Translations under genes and position numbers: made by a program
Shown here: piece after piece, positions 33,578 through 45,446 of the stretch
Position numbering within the stretch: the first letter of the stretch is position 1
How the letters are laid out: the number at the start of each line of letters is the position of its first letter
From: Cyanophora paradoxa CCMP329
Lineage: Eukaryota; Plantae; Glaucophyta
Reading direction: 5' to 3'
Length of the DNA stretch: 64,000 nt
NCBI GenBank assembly: GCA_004431415.1
Contig: QPMI01000575.1
Coordinates: forward strand, 5,894-69,893
The notes under the pieces: generated by a model
What the model was told of the DNA's origin: nothing
Databases searched by the model: none
Seen by the model: the letters and a program-made list of their open reading frames with translations, nothing else

Positions 33578-36458
33578 TTATTCCACATCTTCGTCATCGT
33601 CTTCAAAATCGTTAGCGCGGTTCTTTGTGAGACCGAGATAAACACGCTTCGATTTTCCACCAACCTTTTTTACAGTCGAGCCGATCTTAAACACCTCCAT
33701 CACCTTATTGCTTACAGCTCGTCCTGTTATCGCTGCTCTTCTATCAACATCTCTCATCGTATTTGAGCAATCCTTAAACAGATCGTCACATATTATGTAT
33801 TTCGTGTTATCCTCCGCCAAAGCGTAGTTGTCCCTTAGGAATGTGCCGATACGGTCGCTGTCCGCGAGATAATTAGCGGAATGTTCGAGGATGCATTGGG
33901 GCGGATGGTCGATTATATGATTAACATCATGGTTTTTAAGCATGTCTATGAGAATCTCCATGTTTGCCCTGCGCCATTCACCATTTACGTCATTATCGGG
34001 ATTCAACAACCCGGTAAGGTCTTTATCCGCTTTCTTCTGTCCGGGCTTAGGTTCGACGGCATAGACCTGCTGAAATGGAACAGAACGGAAGCGGCGCGCT
34101 ACTGCATTGTCGGGCTGATCAAATTCGAGGTTATTATTACAGAGGATGACGATAACAAACATCGGAGCAAATGAAATTGGTTCTTTGAAAAGGTTCTTAC
34201 TGTGATCTCATCACAACCTGTGAAATTCTTGATTTGTCCCGCCAACAGTTTGCTACCCGTGTTTGGTTCGTTTGTATGGACGAGCCTAACACCTTGCTTA
34301 TTCGCAAGTTCCGGAATCATTCCATTACCTTTATCCTCCTTCGTGAAAATCCCAATGCTCATATTTCGTGAGTAGTCGCCAAATGTCTTATGCATGAAAT
34401 TTTCGATTACGCTCTTTCCGTTCGAGCCGATACCCGTAAACATATAGAAAAACTGCATGTTATTTTTACCCGTTAGAGACTTGGCATAAACAGCCTTAAT
34501 GTATCTTGCAAGTTCGACATTGTCACCTGTGATATCCATGTAGAAGTCATTGAGTCGTTTGACCTTCTCAGGATCCACCGGAATATCATAGTTATAACAG
34601 ACTGTCTTAGTCATCATATCAGAAGAACGACCATTACGGAACTCAAACGTGTTAAGATCATAAACGCCATCGTCAAAGCCAACAACATTCGCGACTGAAT
34701 CCAACCTATCGGCAAATGTCTCATCGTAAAGGTCATGAGAGAGATATGTAAGAAGTCCTTTCGTGTAACCTCCACAGTTAAGTTTTTGCGCAATTTTTGC
34801 ACAGGCGGCTGCCTTTACTGCGAATTCCTTTTTATCGCTCTGTTCCTCCGCCTTTGCCGCCTTGGTAGCCCAATGGTTCTCCCGGTCTAAGTATGCTTTC
34901 CCGACAACCTCACCGATAAGAGTTATCATACCACCATCATACTTATTATCTACCTTCCAAAATCCGGTTTTCTCATTCAGGATCAACCACAGACCACGTG
35001 AAAACCGCACTTTGTAGCCAATTAATGCTTTACAGATCTTGCTAACAGGAAGTGGGAGACCTTGACTTAATAGCGTCTTATCCATTTCTAATTTGATTTG
35101 AGCCATCTTATCATTCATGGCGCTAACATCGGAATAGTCATTCTCATCCATACACACCTCCTCATCGATAAATGCAAACTGTCGGCTTGGTTTAAACAGT
35201 CCATAATACGTGTCCGGGTTATCCTCTCTCAGATAATGCACAAGTGAGCCGAAAGTTATAGTTTTGTTTTCGGAACCGGATTTTTTGCCTTTGCGGATAC
35301 TCATCCATTTGTTCGCGCATTCATCATAATCATACTTAGGGCTTTTCTCGGAGTATTCGTGAAACAGCGCCTCCTGTTTCGTGGGTGGTATATTGTTTTC
35401 CTCTCCAACATTCGCGATTGCGAAACCAACATTAAGCCAACCTTCGTATGTATCCGATCTTTCAGCACTAAGACCCATCACGACTTCTCTCAGTTTCTCA
35501 AATGAAACGTTATTAGACTCCTCCGGCTGCTCTTCACTCTCCGTTTTCTTTGTTGTTTTTTTGCTTGTCGTCGCCGTCTCCTTCTTCTTTGTTGTGGTCT
35601 CCTTCTTGGTCGTCTCCTTCTTGGTCGTCTCCTTCTTGGTTTCAGTCTTGCCTTCCTCCTTCATTTGCTCTTTTGCAACTTCCGCCTTTGCCGACCGTTC
35701 GTTTTTCTCATCTTGGGTTAGGTTAGCATCAAACATATACATGTTTGATTCATCGATAAGCACAGTGGGGCAATCCGTGAATTGCGCGAAAAAGTCGCTG
35801 TCATACATGGTTTCACAATCCACGAATTTGGTAAATACTACATCCTTATCAACATCGCGTTTAGTCTTGTTTTGGGAATCCAACCATTTACCCTTGCAAC
35901 TACCCAGACAAACAAGCGCCTGCCTTGTCTTATAAACGAGTGGGTCATAATCCACCTTTGGCGTAAGTCCGATTACATTTAAGAATTTCGGGATGTCTTC
36001 ATGACGACAGCACAGATCGGTAAAGACGAAATGCCCGATACCTTAAATTGGGTCACGTCTTCCTTAACGAAATGGATAGGACGATGACGCACGGACACAG
36101 CAATGGTAGCACCGGTGAGTTCGTGTAGTCTCTTGCGCATTTCACGAATGATTTCATCGGCTTCCTTGTAGTTATCGGCAACATCCGGTTTAAGATCCAC
36201 ATAGCCGTCATAATCCAGATAGACACGTGTTATTTCGTTTGGCTGAATGCATTCGGCGTAGGTCGGTTTTTTGCCTTTCTTCAAATCATCATTAATCCTT
36301 TCCGTAATCTGATGGTCGAAATACTCTATGACAGTCTCGCTGTCAGTATTCGGAGTGAGACAATGTAGGAAAGAACCCCAATTATGTTTCTCAGGTGTAA
36401 ATTTGCACAGGTTACCGAGTCTCTCACAGGGAGTTGCGATTTTCGTGTTAGCATTCAT
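33578..36458 (-). CDS. AEP primase-PriCT2-D5/SF3 helicase (copy 3; 1-bp deletions at ~36035 and ~34192)
   Basis: Inverted copy with the same motifs. Confidence 0.92.
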
Positions 36459-36639
36459 TTTTCGCGATTGATTCTTAAATTTCTCAGAGAAAATAATCCG
36501 AGGAAGTGAGAAACTCCCAGGTTTAAATTATCTTCTCGGGATGTCCTTAAATGCTTTTCGGTTGCCCACGGCACTTTAATGATTTGGCTTAGGTTATAAA
36601 AAGGAGAAAGTAAAGCGTCAATTTTTGCGCTCCCATCAA

Positions 36640-37078
36640 TCAATTCGCTACGCTTTTTCCGATAAAGATGTGATCGGGTCGGGATACTTTCGAGGTCTTC
36701 CGATTTCTTAGGCACTGTTTGCACTTTGGGTTTTGGCTCCGTCTTCTTCTCACGCCTTTTCTGTTTCAGGTAATTGTTTGCACTCTCAATTCTCTTTTTT
36801 CTATATTCCGCGTCCTCTTCATATCGACGACGTAAATATATGGCTCTCTTTTCCAGCTCCTCAGCTGTCAGTATTGTTTTTTCGCCATTTGCGAGTCTCT
36901 CTTCTTTCTTCTTCTGATAAGCTACACGTTTTCTTTCCCTGTCTTTCTCTCTTCTCAACCTTGCCTTTTCTTCCTGTTCTTCAATTGATAACTCAGGTTT
37001 CTTTTTTCCAATCTCTACAAACGGGTCGCCTTTCTGAATAGCGATAAGCTCTTGGTTTGATTTCCGAGTATTCGCCAT
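36640..37078 (-). CDS. AT-hook basic protein (copy 3; frameshifted near the C-terminus)
   Basis: Inverted copy of 16481-16921. Confidence 0.65.
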
Positions 37079-37229
37079 TGATTCTCTAATGGAAGGTAAG
37101 AAATTATTCCCTTTCACTTCTCTTTTAAGTCAAACCCTTAAATACCTTTCTGTGTTTTACAGTGTCAATTTTTGGACATCAACCGTAAAACTTGTAACAA
37201 AATTTTAACATGTAACAGTTAAGTGTAAC

Positions 37230-37607
37230 ATGGAAGACGTGGAATACATCGAAATTGTTATGGATGAAACGGAAATGGGCGAATATCAACATGAGATGGG
37301 CAAATATCAACATGGGATGGACAAATATCAACATGGGATTGGCGAATATCAACATGGGATTGGCGAATATCAACATGGGATGTCTGATGTGGAAGCGTAT
37401 TTAATGCATAGTTACAGGTTAAGTAATGACGGTGATTATACACCTTCCGATGTAATCCATGCTGAAATAGAAGAGCTTATAGACTTTCCGATTTCAAAAA
37501 CAGCCATCGGAATCGTGATTAAGCGCATTTTCGGGATTAAATCACATGCTGTAAGAATTGATGGCGTTCTCAAAAGAGTGTTCGACATTGAAAAAACTCT
37601 AAGCTAA
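37230..37607 (+). CDS. Stand-alone winged-helix-like protein (copy 3)
   Basis: Same protein as 15952-16329. Confidence 0.65.
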   Translation: MEDVEYIEIVMDETEMGEYQHEMGKYQHGMDKYQHGIGEYQHGIGEYQHGMSDVEAYLMHSYRLSNDGDYTPSDVIHAEIEELIDFPISKTAIGIVIKRIFGIKSHAVRIDGVLKRVFDIEKTLS

Positions 37608-37641
37608 TTAAAGAAACTGTAACAGATAGTAGCACAACCAA

Positions 37642-38177
37642 ATGAATTTAAACGATATATTGACGTTTTCACAGTCTATTTCGCCATATCCCATAGTCAA
37701 TGCATCAGATAAACTGAATGATAAGAATTATACGAAATTCTTAATGAAAGCCAACGAAAGACAGATTATATACTTTATTCAAAAGAACCGCAAGAATAAA
37801 GGGTATTTGATGCATGGAAGCAAAAGGCGGGATATCATGCCCTTCAACCTATTCGTTTTGCATTCTCATATAAACACCGTTACATGTTAGTCCCATATCT
37901 TGATGAGGAGAACACCAAATGGTTCGTAGATATCATTATTAAGTCATTCGCGAGGGAAAACTTTGAGAGTCCGAATGAAACATGTCCTATCTGTCTTGAA
38001 AACATTGACACTAACATAAATAATAAAGGCTGTATCGTTTGCAATACTCTTATTTGTCCTAATTGTTTCCTCTCTTCACTTGAATCACATGAGAATGCTA
38101 AGTGTTCAGTTTGTAGAACTAAACTATTTTTTGACGGAATGGAAGCATTAGAACCTAAGTTATATGCAAATGGATAA
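37642..38177 (+). CDS. RING-finger protein B (copy 3; 1-bp deletion at ~37801)
   Basis: Inverted copy. Confidence 0.75.
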
Positions 38178-38554
38178 TAAAGATGAATAATGTTAAATAA
38201 TAAGGTTACGTTAAGGTTACACAAGTTACGTAGATAAAAACGTTACGTAACCAAAATAACAGAGAAAAGACACCATAATGTCGTAGAGGTTACGCAAGTT
38301 ACGCGGTTACGCAAGTTTTCACTATTTTATCTGAGAGAGACCCCCCGCCATTTTTAAAAAGAATTTAAAAAGTTGCGTAACCGTAACCGCCAGTGTTAAA
38401 AATACTAAATCTCCTGTATTATAACACTGAAAGTCGTCTTGCAGTTGTAAAATATCTACGTAACCTGTTGCGTAACTCCTCTGTAACTTCTTGTAACCTC
38501 TATGTAACCGATGCAAAAAATGACAACCCGCCAAAATAGACAGTGTAACCTACA

Positions 38555-38852
38555 ATGACTTCACGGATTCCCGACGCTTTCATAGAACAGCTTCAAAATC
38601 CCGATTTATCACAGGATGACCGCAGTAGCATTATTTACGAGAACCTTGTTAAGAAAAACGACGGGTGTAATATCAACCAACTACCCGGATATTTACAGAG
38701 ACAGTTTATAAAGAAGGTTTCCCGATTCATTGATTTCGATGAGAACACACCGGGGAAATATCGAAAGCGATTCAAAGGGGAAGGCACGACATGATGGTAG
38801 CATTATAACATTCAGATTGAGGCAGAAGCTTGAAAACCGCACACAGAAGTAA
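38555..38852 (+). CDS. Hypothetical 99-aa protein (copy 3; frameshifted)
   Basis: Inverted copy of 14701-15000. Confidence 0.55.
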
Positions 38853-38882
38853 TAAAAATAGCGCTTGCGCTATCGATGAAAT

Positions 38883-39086
38883 TCACATGGTCTTAATTTT
38901 AGCGATCGTATTCACTACATCTATCATTACATCGATTGCATCAATATACTGTTTAACATTTTGTAGTCTTTCATGGTCTTGTCTTTTTGTGTGTTTAAGA
39001 TCAACCTCCCGATGGATAAGCTCAATCTTCTTATTATGCAATGTCGCCAAAGTTACCCAATGTCCATTATTCATTTTCTCTTTCAT
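38883..39086 (-). CDS. Small hypothetical protein (copy 3)
   Basis: Inverted copy of 14467-14670. Confidence 0.55.
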   Translation of the reverse strand: MKEKMNNGHWVTLATLHNKKIELIHREVDLKHTKRQDHERLQNVKQYIDAIDVMIDVVNTIAKIKTM

Positions 39087-39135
39087 GTCAGAGCGGCACA
39101 CTCAGAAAAACTTTTATCTTCCATCAATTTTTACA

Positions 39136-39612
39136 TTAATCACGTTGCGTCTTTATGTCATTACGACAGATCGGACATTTAAAGCTCTCTGATCTCTTCA
39201 ACTGTAAATAGCATGTGTTGCACATTTTGGCGAAACATGTCAAACAAGACATTTGTATTTTAGTTTTACAGTCATCAAGGCATATGACGCACTCCTTAGT
39301 TTCATTAGATTGCGCAGGTAGGTTAATAGACCATTTAGAGATGATCTTAGAGATAAACGATTTACACGATGTTTCAGTAAGAACCGGAACAAGAATATAG
39401 TGAGTCTCTAATGTGAGAAAGCAGACGAAACGGGTATTAGGTGAATAACCCAAGTTTTTACGAAACATTTCGAAATACGCACGATGTTTAGTATCATACG
39501 GCACAATACAGATAGTGTTAGGGTTTGCCTTCTTTAAAGATAGGTCAGCATCGATGAGAACAGGAATATGGGTAATACTCTTAATGTAGGTCAGGATATC
39601 CGACGCGTTCAT
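39136..39612 (-). CDS. RING-finger protein A (copy 3; one F>Y change)
   Basis: Inverted copy. Confidence 0.8.
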   Translation of the reverse strand: MNASDILTYIKSITHIPVLIDADLSLKKANPNTICIVPYDTKHRAYFEMFRKNLGYSPNTRFVCFLTLETHYILVPVLTETSCKSFISKIISKWSINLPAQSNETKECVICLDDCKTKIQMSCLTCFAKMCNTCYLQLKRSESFKCPICRNDIKTQRD

Positions 39613-40171
39613 ATTGTACATTCCGCTGTATCTCACTTATTGTTTAAGTTTTAAGATTTGCTTCATTTTTTCATCGCTTCACAAGCGGATCCTATCGCTT
39701 CTCGTGACATGATCTTATGTATCGCACCCGCTACCGTTTGATAACAGATGACATTTTTAAGATGTTATAATAAGGTTACGTTAAGGTTACACAGGTTACG
39801 TAAGTAAAAACGTTACGTAACCTTAAAAATACCAAAAAGACACCATAAATCTCGTGAGGTTACGCAAGTTACGCGGTTACGCAAGTTTTAGACCTTCACC
39901 TATAAAAAGACCCCAGCCATTTTTTTAAAAGAATTCAAAAAGTTGCGTAACCGTAACCTCAATGGATCTAAATGGTTATTTTTATCGATTACCACACTGA
40001 AAATGGTGTGGTTTATCGAAAAATCACTACGTAACCTCACCTGTAACCCCGCGTAACCAAGTGTAACCGCCGTGTAACTGTTGTGTAACCGCAGTTTTCC
40101 AATTGTTTAACCAAAACTTTACAGAGAAGGATTTATGAAAAATTGACAATCTTTTTAACATCTGATTACAA

Positions 40172-40632
40172 ATGGATCAATTCATTTATTTCGGAAACAC
40201 CACAAACGAGCCGCACCATTACTACGGCGCTTACATGTTGGATATAAGCAACCTCCGTAATACTTGTTTCAGATCACTATTAGATATCAAAGATTGTGGC
40301 GTTAAATTCGATGATGACACAGGGTATTGGTTTGTTTGCTACAAGTTTCACAGAATCTTAAAGCACTTTCCTACAATAAACCCATCGTTATCGATCCTGA
40401 TTATCATAATCGCCCGAAACGTCTATATTTCGTTGGTGACATAAAAACTAAACTACCTGAAATAGAAGCTAAACGTATATTTACCCAGGCATCATTACGT
40501 AAATACATTAAAAACCAAGGCGCTTTATTTGATAAGCGACACCGTCTATGGTATGTCACCGATCCTGAAAATGAGATATGCAAGATCTTTAAGATGTTCG
40601 ATTGTGATCATCTAACATCTCTACGTGGTTAA
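40172..40632 (+). CDS. DUF5710-like repeat protein (copy 3; 1-bp deletion at ~40381)
   Basis: Inverted copy. Confidence 0.65.
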
Positions 40633-41726
40633 AGATAAGCAATTATCATGTATCATTTTTAGTTATCATGATATCATAGTATAACAGTGATTAAATGTAA
40701 GAATAACAAGGTTACGTTAAGGTTACACAAGTTACGTAAGTAAAAACGTTACGTAACCTAAAAGTATAGAGAAATGACACCATAATGTCGTAGAGGTTAC
40801 GCAAGTTACGTGGTTACGCAAGTTTTAGACCTTCACCTATAAAAAGACCCCAGCCAAATTTTCAGAAAGAATTCAAAAAGTTGCGTAACCGTAACTCACA
40901 GTGACAAAATAGCGATAAATCAACCATTTTAACACTGAGAATGGTCTTAGTAATCGTAAAATATCTACGTAACCCATCACGTAACTCCATGTAACTTTTT
41001 AAACATTAATGTAACCTTCACATAAAAGTACGATCGAATACATAGAAGAGCAAAACAGTTTAATACAAGCAATTCGACAAAATGCACCACAGATACAATT
41101 TTATAACCGTAAAAAACAAAATCCCAGTGAAAGGATTCCTTTGTTTTCTAACAATAACATTGATCAGCTATTGTAACAAAAGGACATAATATATCATTTT
41201 ACTACAATAGCTTTCTACAATGACATCTCCCCAAGATTCCCCTATTATTAAAGTGGACTCAAGGTTGACTCATATTAATCGTAAAAGTAGTAATAGTATA
41301 TGGATTTTGTTACGAATTCAATACAAGGGTTGACTAAGTGGGTTGAGTTGACTCAAATTTCACAGGAAATAACAATGAATCAGAGTATAAAATGCATTTT
41401 TTGAATCAACTACACAACTAACACTGAGATTTTCACAATATAAGAGGTCCTTACTGAATATGGTATGTGTCACACCCAATTATTTCAAAAATCCTAAGGG
41501 TCCCCCTTAGAATCATTAAAACATGATAAAAACATATAAGTTTCATGTATAATTACGATTGGATTCAATAAGAGATCGATTTGTTTTATTTAACAAATGA
41601 ATCATTTATGGATCTTAATCGAGTTTAGCGATATATTTCCGATTAAATGAATTAAATTTAATTAAATTTAATCGAGAAAGTACATGAATATAATATCGAT
41701 TAAATCAATTAACAAACAGACCAATC

Positions 41727-42009
41727 ACACATAGTAAAATGCGGAGTTTTAACCAGAGGCAAGATCTAATTGAGATTCAGTTATAATATTCGGAAATATA
41801 TACAGATTATCGATAGACTCAGTAAGACTAATCGGAAAATAAGAGAAATTTACGATAAAATATCGAAAAGAATACAAAATAATCGAAATAAATGAATATT
41901 CGATAAGATATACACAGATTATCGATTGATTGAAATAGAATATACGAGATATATCAACAAAATCAATTAAGATAAGCCGAGGGTTAAAACTCCGCATTTT
42001 ACTATGTGT
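41727..42009. repeat. Right terminal 283-bp cassette (inverted copy of 11538-11820)
   Basis: 28-bp inverted repeats at 41727-41754 and 41982-42009. Confidence 0.92.
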
Positions 42010-42794
42010 TGCTCACACCGCCACAGGGTCAGGAGCACAAACGAAAGACGGCACTAGCCTCGAACGACATCAGATGGTTTGGAGCGTCCCCCGCCCCACC
42101 CGACGCGTGAAGCTGTGCTCGACCTCCCGTTGTCCCCTCCAAAACTCCAGCATCCGACGATGATGCGTACAGATGCCTCTTCCAGACGATGGTGCGCCTG
42201 GAAGGACCCGACGCTAAGCCTCACTGGCCTCAGTCCGCGACGATGATGCGCCGCGGACGCCCTGCTCCGAGCGATGGTGCGCTCGAGCTCGCTCCGACGT
42301 CGAGTACCAAGGGACGCCGCACTTGGATTTCGAATTTTGCCACCTGCGGTGACGAGACGTTGAGCCCGCGTCCGTCTGATGCAGGTCCGACCCGGTCACG
42401 TTCGGATGGACGACGACCTCGGGCCCTCCCGGCCCTCAACCGCCGTACGTCCCCCGTCCCACCCAGCTGTCACAGGCGCCCTCCTCGACCCGTCCTGATC
42501 AGGGCCCGGGCAGGTCCGCGCCTCGGCTGTGGACGCCGGTCCACCGGACATAATCGGCACGACGCCTCCTTTCTTCCCGAAGGCAGGCCGTCGTCGGCAC
42601 CGGTGCTTCTCCTTTCTGTCCCGAAAGCAAGCAAGCACCACTTCAACGTTGCAGATTGCAAATTGCAAAACCAACGAATATTCACAGCTGACTCCGCGCG
42701 CCCTTGCTTGCGAAGCTGCAGCTGACACCCCACGCCATCTCGCGCTGGCCTTTTCGAACTGGCGGAGACCTAACCGCCAAGAAAATGTTCGAAG

Positions 42795-44057
42795 TCACGA
42801 CGGCTGTGCGCGGCCGCCGTCGGCACTCCCAAAGCCGCGACGCCGCTCAACCTCCTGCTGCCAAGCCGCACGTTCCGCCTTCAATTCTTTCAGCTCGCGC
42901 TGAAGCTTCCAGCGGCAGACATCGGTGTCGTGCGAGCTGCTCTTGCACTCGTCACACCAGCGTCCGTCACCACGCCGCTGAACGAAATTTCCAGCATCAT
43001 CCTCATCGCCTTCACCGTCTTCAGTGCTGCTGTCGCTTGAATCCTGACTCTGCTCGTCCTCCGAATCGGAATCGTCACTGCCCGACGCCTTGCGCTTCGA
43101 CCCGACGCTGTTGACAGCATTTACAGGTTCGTATCCCGAGCTTGCCGCGGCTGCCACCTGAGCCGAGCTTGTCCCGACCGCAGCCAATAACACGTTCGCC
43201 TGTCGAAGCCTGATTGAAAGCTCGTGGAACGACCTCACCCGCCGAAAGAATTCGTTGCCCCATTCCAAAATATCCTGGCGAGCTGCCTCCGGAATTTTGC
43301 AGATGAGCTTCATCATCGCCACCGACGTGATGACATCAGCCGACATCATCTCAGCGATGAGGATCTCGTCCGAATAATCAAGCTGCAGTAGACGACGAAA
43401 TACAACGACGCTGTTCACAAAAGACTGAGCGTCCAACTCTGTTGGGTCGCTCAAAGTTGAGAAATGGTTGCCAGCCGACTTCACAACATTACGTAGGAGC
43501 TCAAACTTGTTGCCAGGCACCATGCCAATTAAATGTGCACGAATCTGAGTCCACGACGACATATCCAAGACGCCCAGGTTCGACTTAGTTGACATCGCCC
43601 CCAGCACAGCAGCGTTGAAGGCCCCGCCAACAGGATCAATTGCGCCGCGTTGCAGAGCTGACACCGCGAGCTCCGCCAAGACAGTATCAGGGTCAGAATA
43701 TTTCGGCGGCCGCACAGACCAGGTGCCCAGCCGCTCCACCGACATTATCCACGATAGAAGCCCCGCCTGCGACAAGACAGAAATATTCTCCGCAAGAGAG
43801 TTCAACTCGCGCCGCTGAGCGTGCTGCTTCATATCGACCCTCAGCGCGTCCAGCGCATCCCGCAGGACCAACGCGGTCTCGGCCCCGGCCTCACGATCAA
43901 GCCCCTGCCGCTCGCCTCCGCCGGCGCCATCCTGCTCCTCGAGCTCGCCCTCGACGGGTTCGTGCTCAGCCCGCTCAGCTTCAAGCCCCTCCTCCGCGGC
44001 AGCTGCGGCTGCGGCCGCATCCGCAGCCCGCGCCCTAGATCGCCGTGTCCGCGCCAT
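42795..44057 (-). CDS. gag: Gag-like protein with CCHC zinc knuckle
   Basis: ORF from MARTRRSR (~420 aa) with C-terminal CDECKSSSHDTDVC = CX2CX4HX4C; lies between the LTRs. Confidence 0.75.
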   Translation of the reverse strand: MARTRRSRARAADAAAAAAAAEEGLEAERAEHEPVEGELEEQDGAGGGERQGLDREAGAETALVLRDALDALRVDMKQHAQRRELNSLAENISVLSQAGLLSWIMSVERLGTWSVRPPKYSDPDTVLAELAVSALQRGAIDPVGGAFNAAVLGAMSTKSNLGVLDMSSWTQIRAHLIGMVPGNKFELLRNVVKSAGNHFSTLSDPTELDAQSFVNSVVVFRRLLQLDYSDEILIAEMMSADVITSVAMMKLICKIPEAARQDILEWGNEFFRRVRSFHELSIRLRQANVLLAAVGTSSAQVAAAASSGYEPVNAVNSVGSKRKASGSDDSDSEDEQSQDSSDSSTEDGEGDEDDAGNFVQRRGDGRWCDECKSSSHDTDVCRWKLQRELKELKAERAAWQQEVERRRGFGSADGGRAQPS

Positions 44058-44971
44058 CGAAATCGAGATATAAATCGAAATTAAATCGACCCGCAGCCGC
44101 TCGCTAGTGCGTGCTCGCACGCGTACACCGTCCGCTCCGCGCACGCCGGCGCGCCCCCGCGATCGTCCGGCCCAGCAGCTAGCGCTGCAAGACACTCGCG
44201 ATCGCCGATCCGTGCCCAAACTCGAGCTCGCAGCCCGCCAGGGCCTTGCGCGCGCGCGGCCGGCCCGCGCCGCTCGCCGTCCGAGATTCACGCCGCCCGC
44301 GCGCCCACGACCGCGCCCGCACGCCCACGACCGTCCGGCAGCCGCCGACAGGCCCCTCGAGCTCGCCTGCACGTGTGCGCCCGCCCGCGACGGCCCCGAT
44401 CGATTGCAATATTAATTGCACGCCACCCGCGACGTCAACGTCGACACGCCGACAGCTAGAGCGCTAGCCCGCAGCTAGCGCTGTAGCTCCGTACGCGTCC
44501 GCGGTCCCGCTCCCGCAGCTCCGAGCCCGACCAGCGCCACGCCACGCGAAGTTTTGCAGCTCCGGCTCAAGCGTACGCTCGCAAGCTGCGATGCAACAGC
44601 TGCGCTCGCGCCCCGAACGAGCCCATGTCAGGACAGCATCTCGGCGCGCGCATATGCATGCGCCTTAAGAGAGTCCGAATTCGACGCCATATATCGGCGC
44701 GCAGCGCCCGCGGCCGCAGAATTCGGAAGGGACAAGCACGCATCTTTTAGAAGGGTGCGCGGCGATGCCCAGAGATCGCTCACCCATGATCGAGCAAGGG
44801 GTCGCCGAGATGATAGCATCACGATAATGCGCAAAAGGCTCAAGATCAGTTCACGGGGCGCTGTGAGGGGAACGCGCGCGCGTTCGCGCGCAAGGGAATT
44901 CGAAGCTTAAGATCCCTCGAGCTCGAGCTCAAGGTCCAAGTTAGAGAGAACTTTTGAGCAGCCCCCAAACG

Positions 44972-45446
44972 TGTGCCGTCACGTCTCGCACGTCTAGGGG
45001 AGAGACGTAGACCCACACCGCGTACAACAGTGTACGGACCTGCGATGCACTCGACTGTAGGCCAGCCCGAGTCCCAGGCAGCCCGTAGCTATGAGATTGC
45101 AAGCCGCAGTGCTAGTATTAATTACAGCTGCTACGTAAGCCCAAGTTACTTAGTTAACGCTGTACCAAGCTCGATTAATTGGTAATCACAAGTCTGCCCG
45201 AGTCCACTAGACTCTGACTATTTACGGGGCTAAGCCACCGCGTGCCACGTCGGCTCAGGCCCTGGCCACGTCGGCTCGGGCCCTTCAGCGCCACGTCGGC
45301 TCGGGCCCTTGAGCGCCGCCGTGCACGTGTCGGGCCGGGGGCCCCTCCGGGACCGGGTACGCCGCGCCCGGCGGCCGGCACCCCCTCGAGGCCCGCGGCG
45401 GGTACGCCCCCACGTTGATCGCGAACTCGCGATCGCGCCCGCGACA
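44972..45446 (-). repeat. 5' LTR (475 bp)
   Basis: Matches 10593-11067 and lies upstream of gag on the minus strand. A possible short tRNA-Pro-like PBS (TGGGGGCT, 44960-44967) follows it. Confidence 0.93.

Larger units (their letters stand above)
11538..42009. mobile_element. Integrated palindromic, AT-rich virus-like DNA element (primase-helicase; no capsid or integrase recognised); Polinton-like-virus or transpoviron-like
   Basis: Ends ACACATAGTAAAATGCGGAG...CTCCGCATTTTACTATGTGT; 6-bp TSD TGCTCA (11532-11537, 42010-42015); abrupt drop in GC content; intron-less genes of the type seen in NCLDVs and PLVs. Confidence 0.93.
31663..42009 (-). repeat. Right arm of the giant inverted repeat (~10.35 kb; mirrors 11538-11731 plus 20292-30462)
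   Basis: The left arm ends tgtggaaatatc (30462) and the right arm starts gatatttccaca (31663); all ORFs are mirrored. Confidence 0.96.
10593..45446 (-). mobile_element. Non-autonomous gag-only LTR retrotransposon (~4.4 kb without the nested insertion)
   Basis: Two apparently identical 475-bp direct repeats with TG...CA ends; 4-bp TSD ATAC (10589-10592, 45447-45450); internal gag-like ORF on the minus strand; no RT, RNase H or integrase ORF seen. Confidence 0.9.

Noticed and set aside
17103-40632. Pseudogene or programmed-frameshift status for the split primase-helicase, RING B and DUF5710-like copies
   Set aside because: The breaks I checked are 1-bp deletions in short base runs at different positions in each copy, and the three-copy consensus is intact. 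This pattern points to long-read consensus error.
11538-42009. Complete Polinton, virophage or PLV; bacterial prophage; or contaminant contig
   Set aside because: No capsid, ATPase, pPolB or integrase ORF is recognisable. The TSD and the LTR element continuing on both sides show genuine integration in the eukaryotic chromosome.
42016-42790. Protease or pol remnant downstream of gag (ALIRTG resembling ALIDTG)
   Set aside because: The catalytic Asp is absent, the frame is short, and no RT or integrase motifs appear on either side of the insertion.
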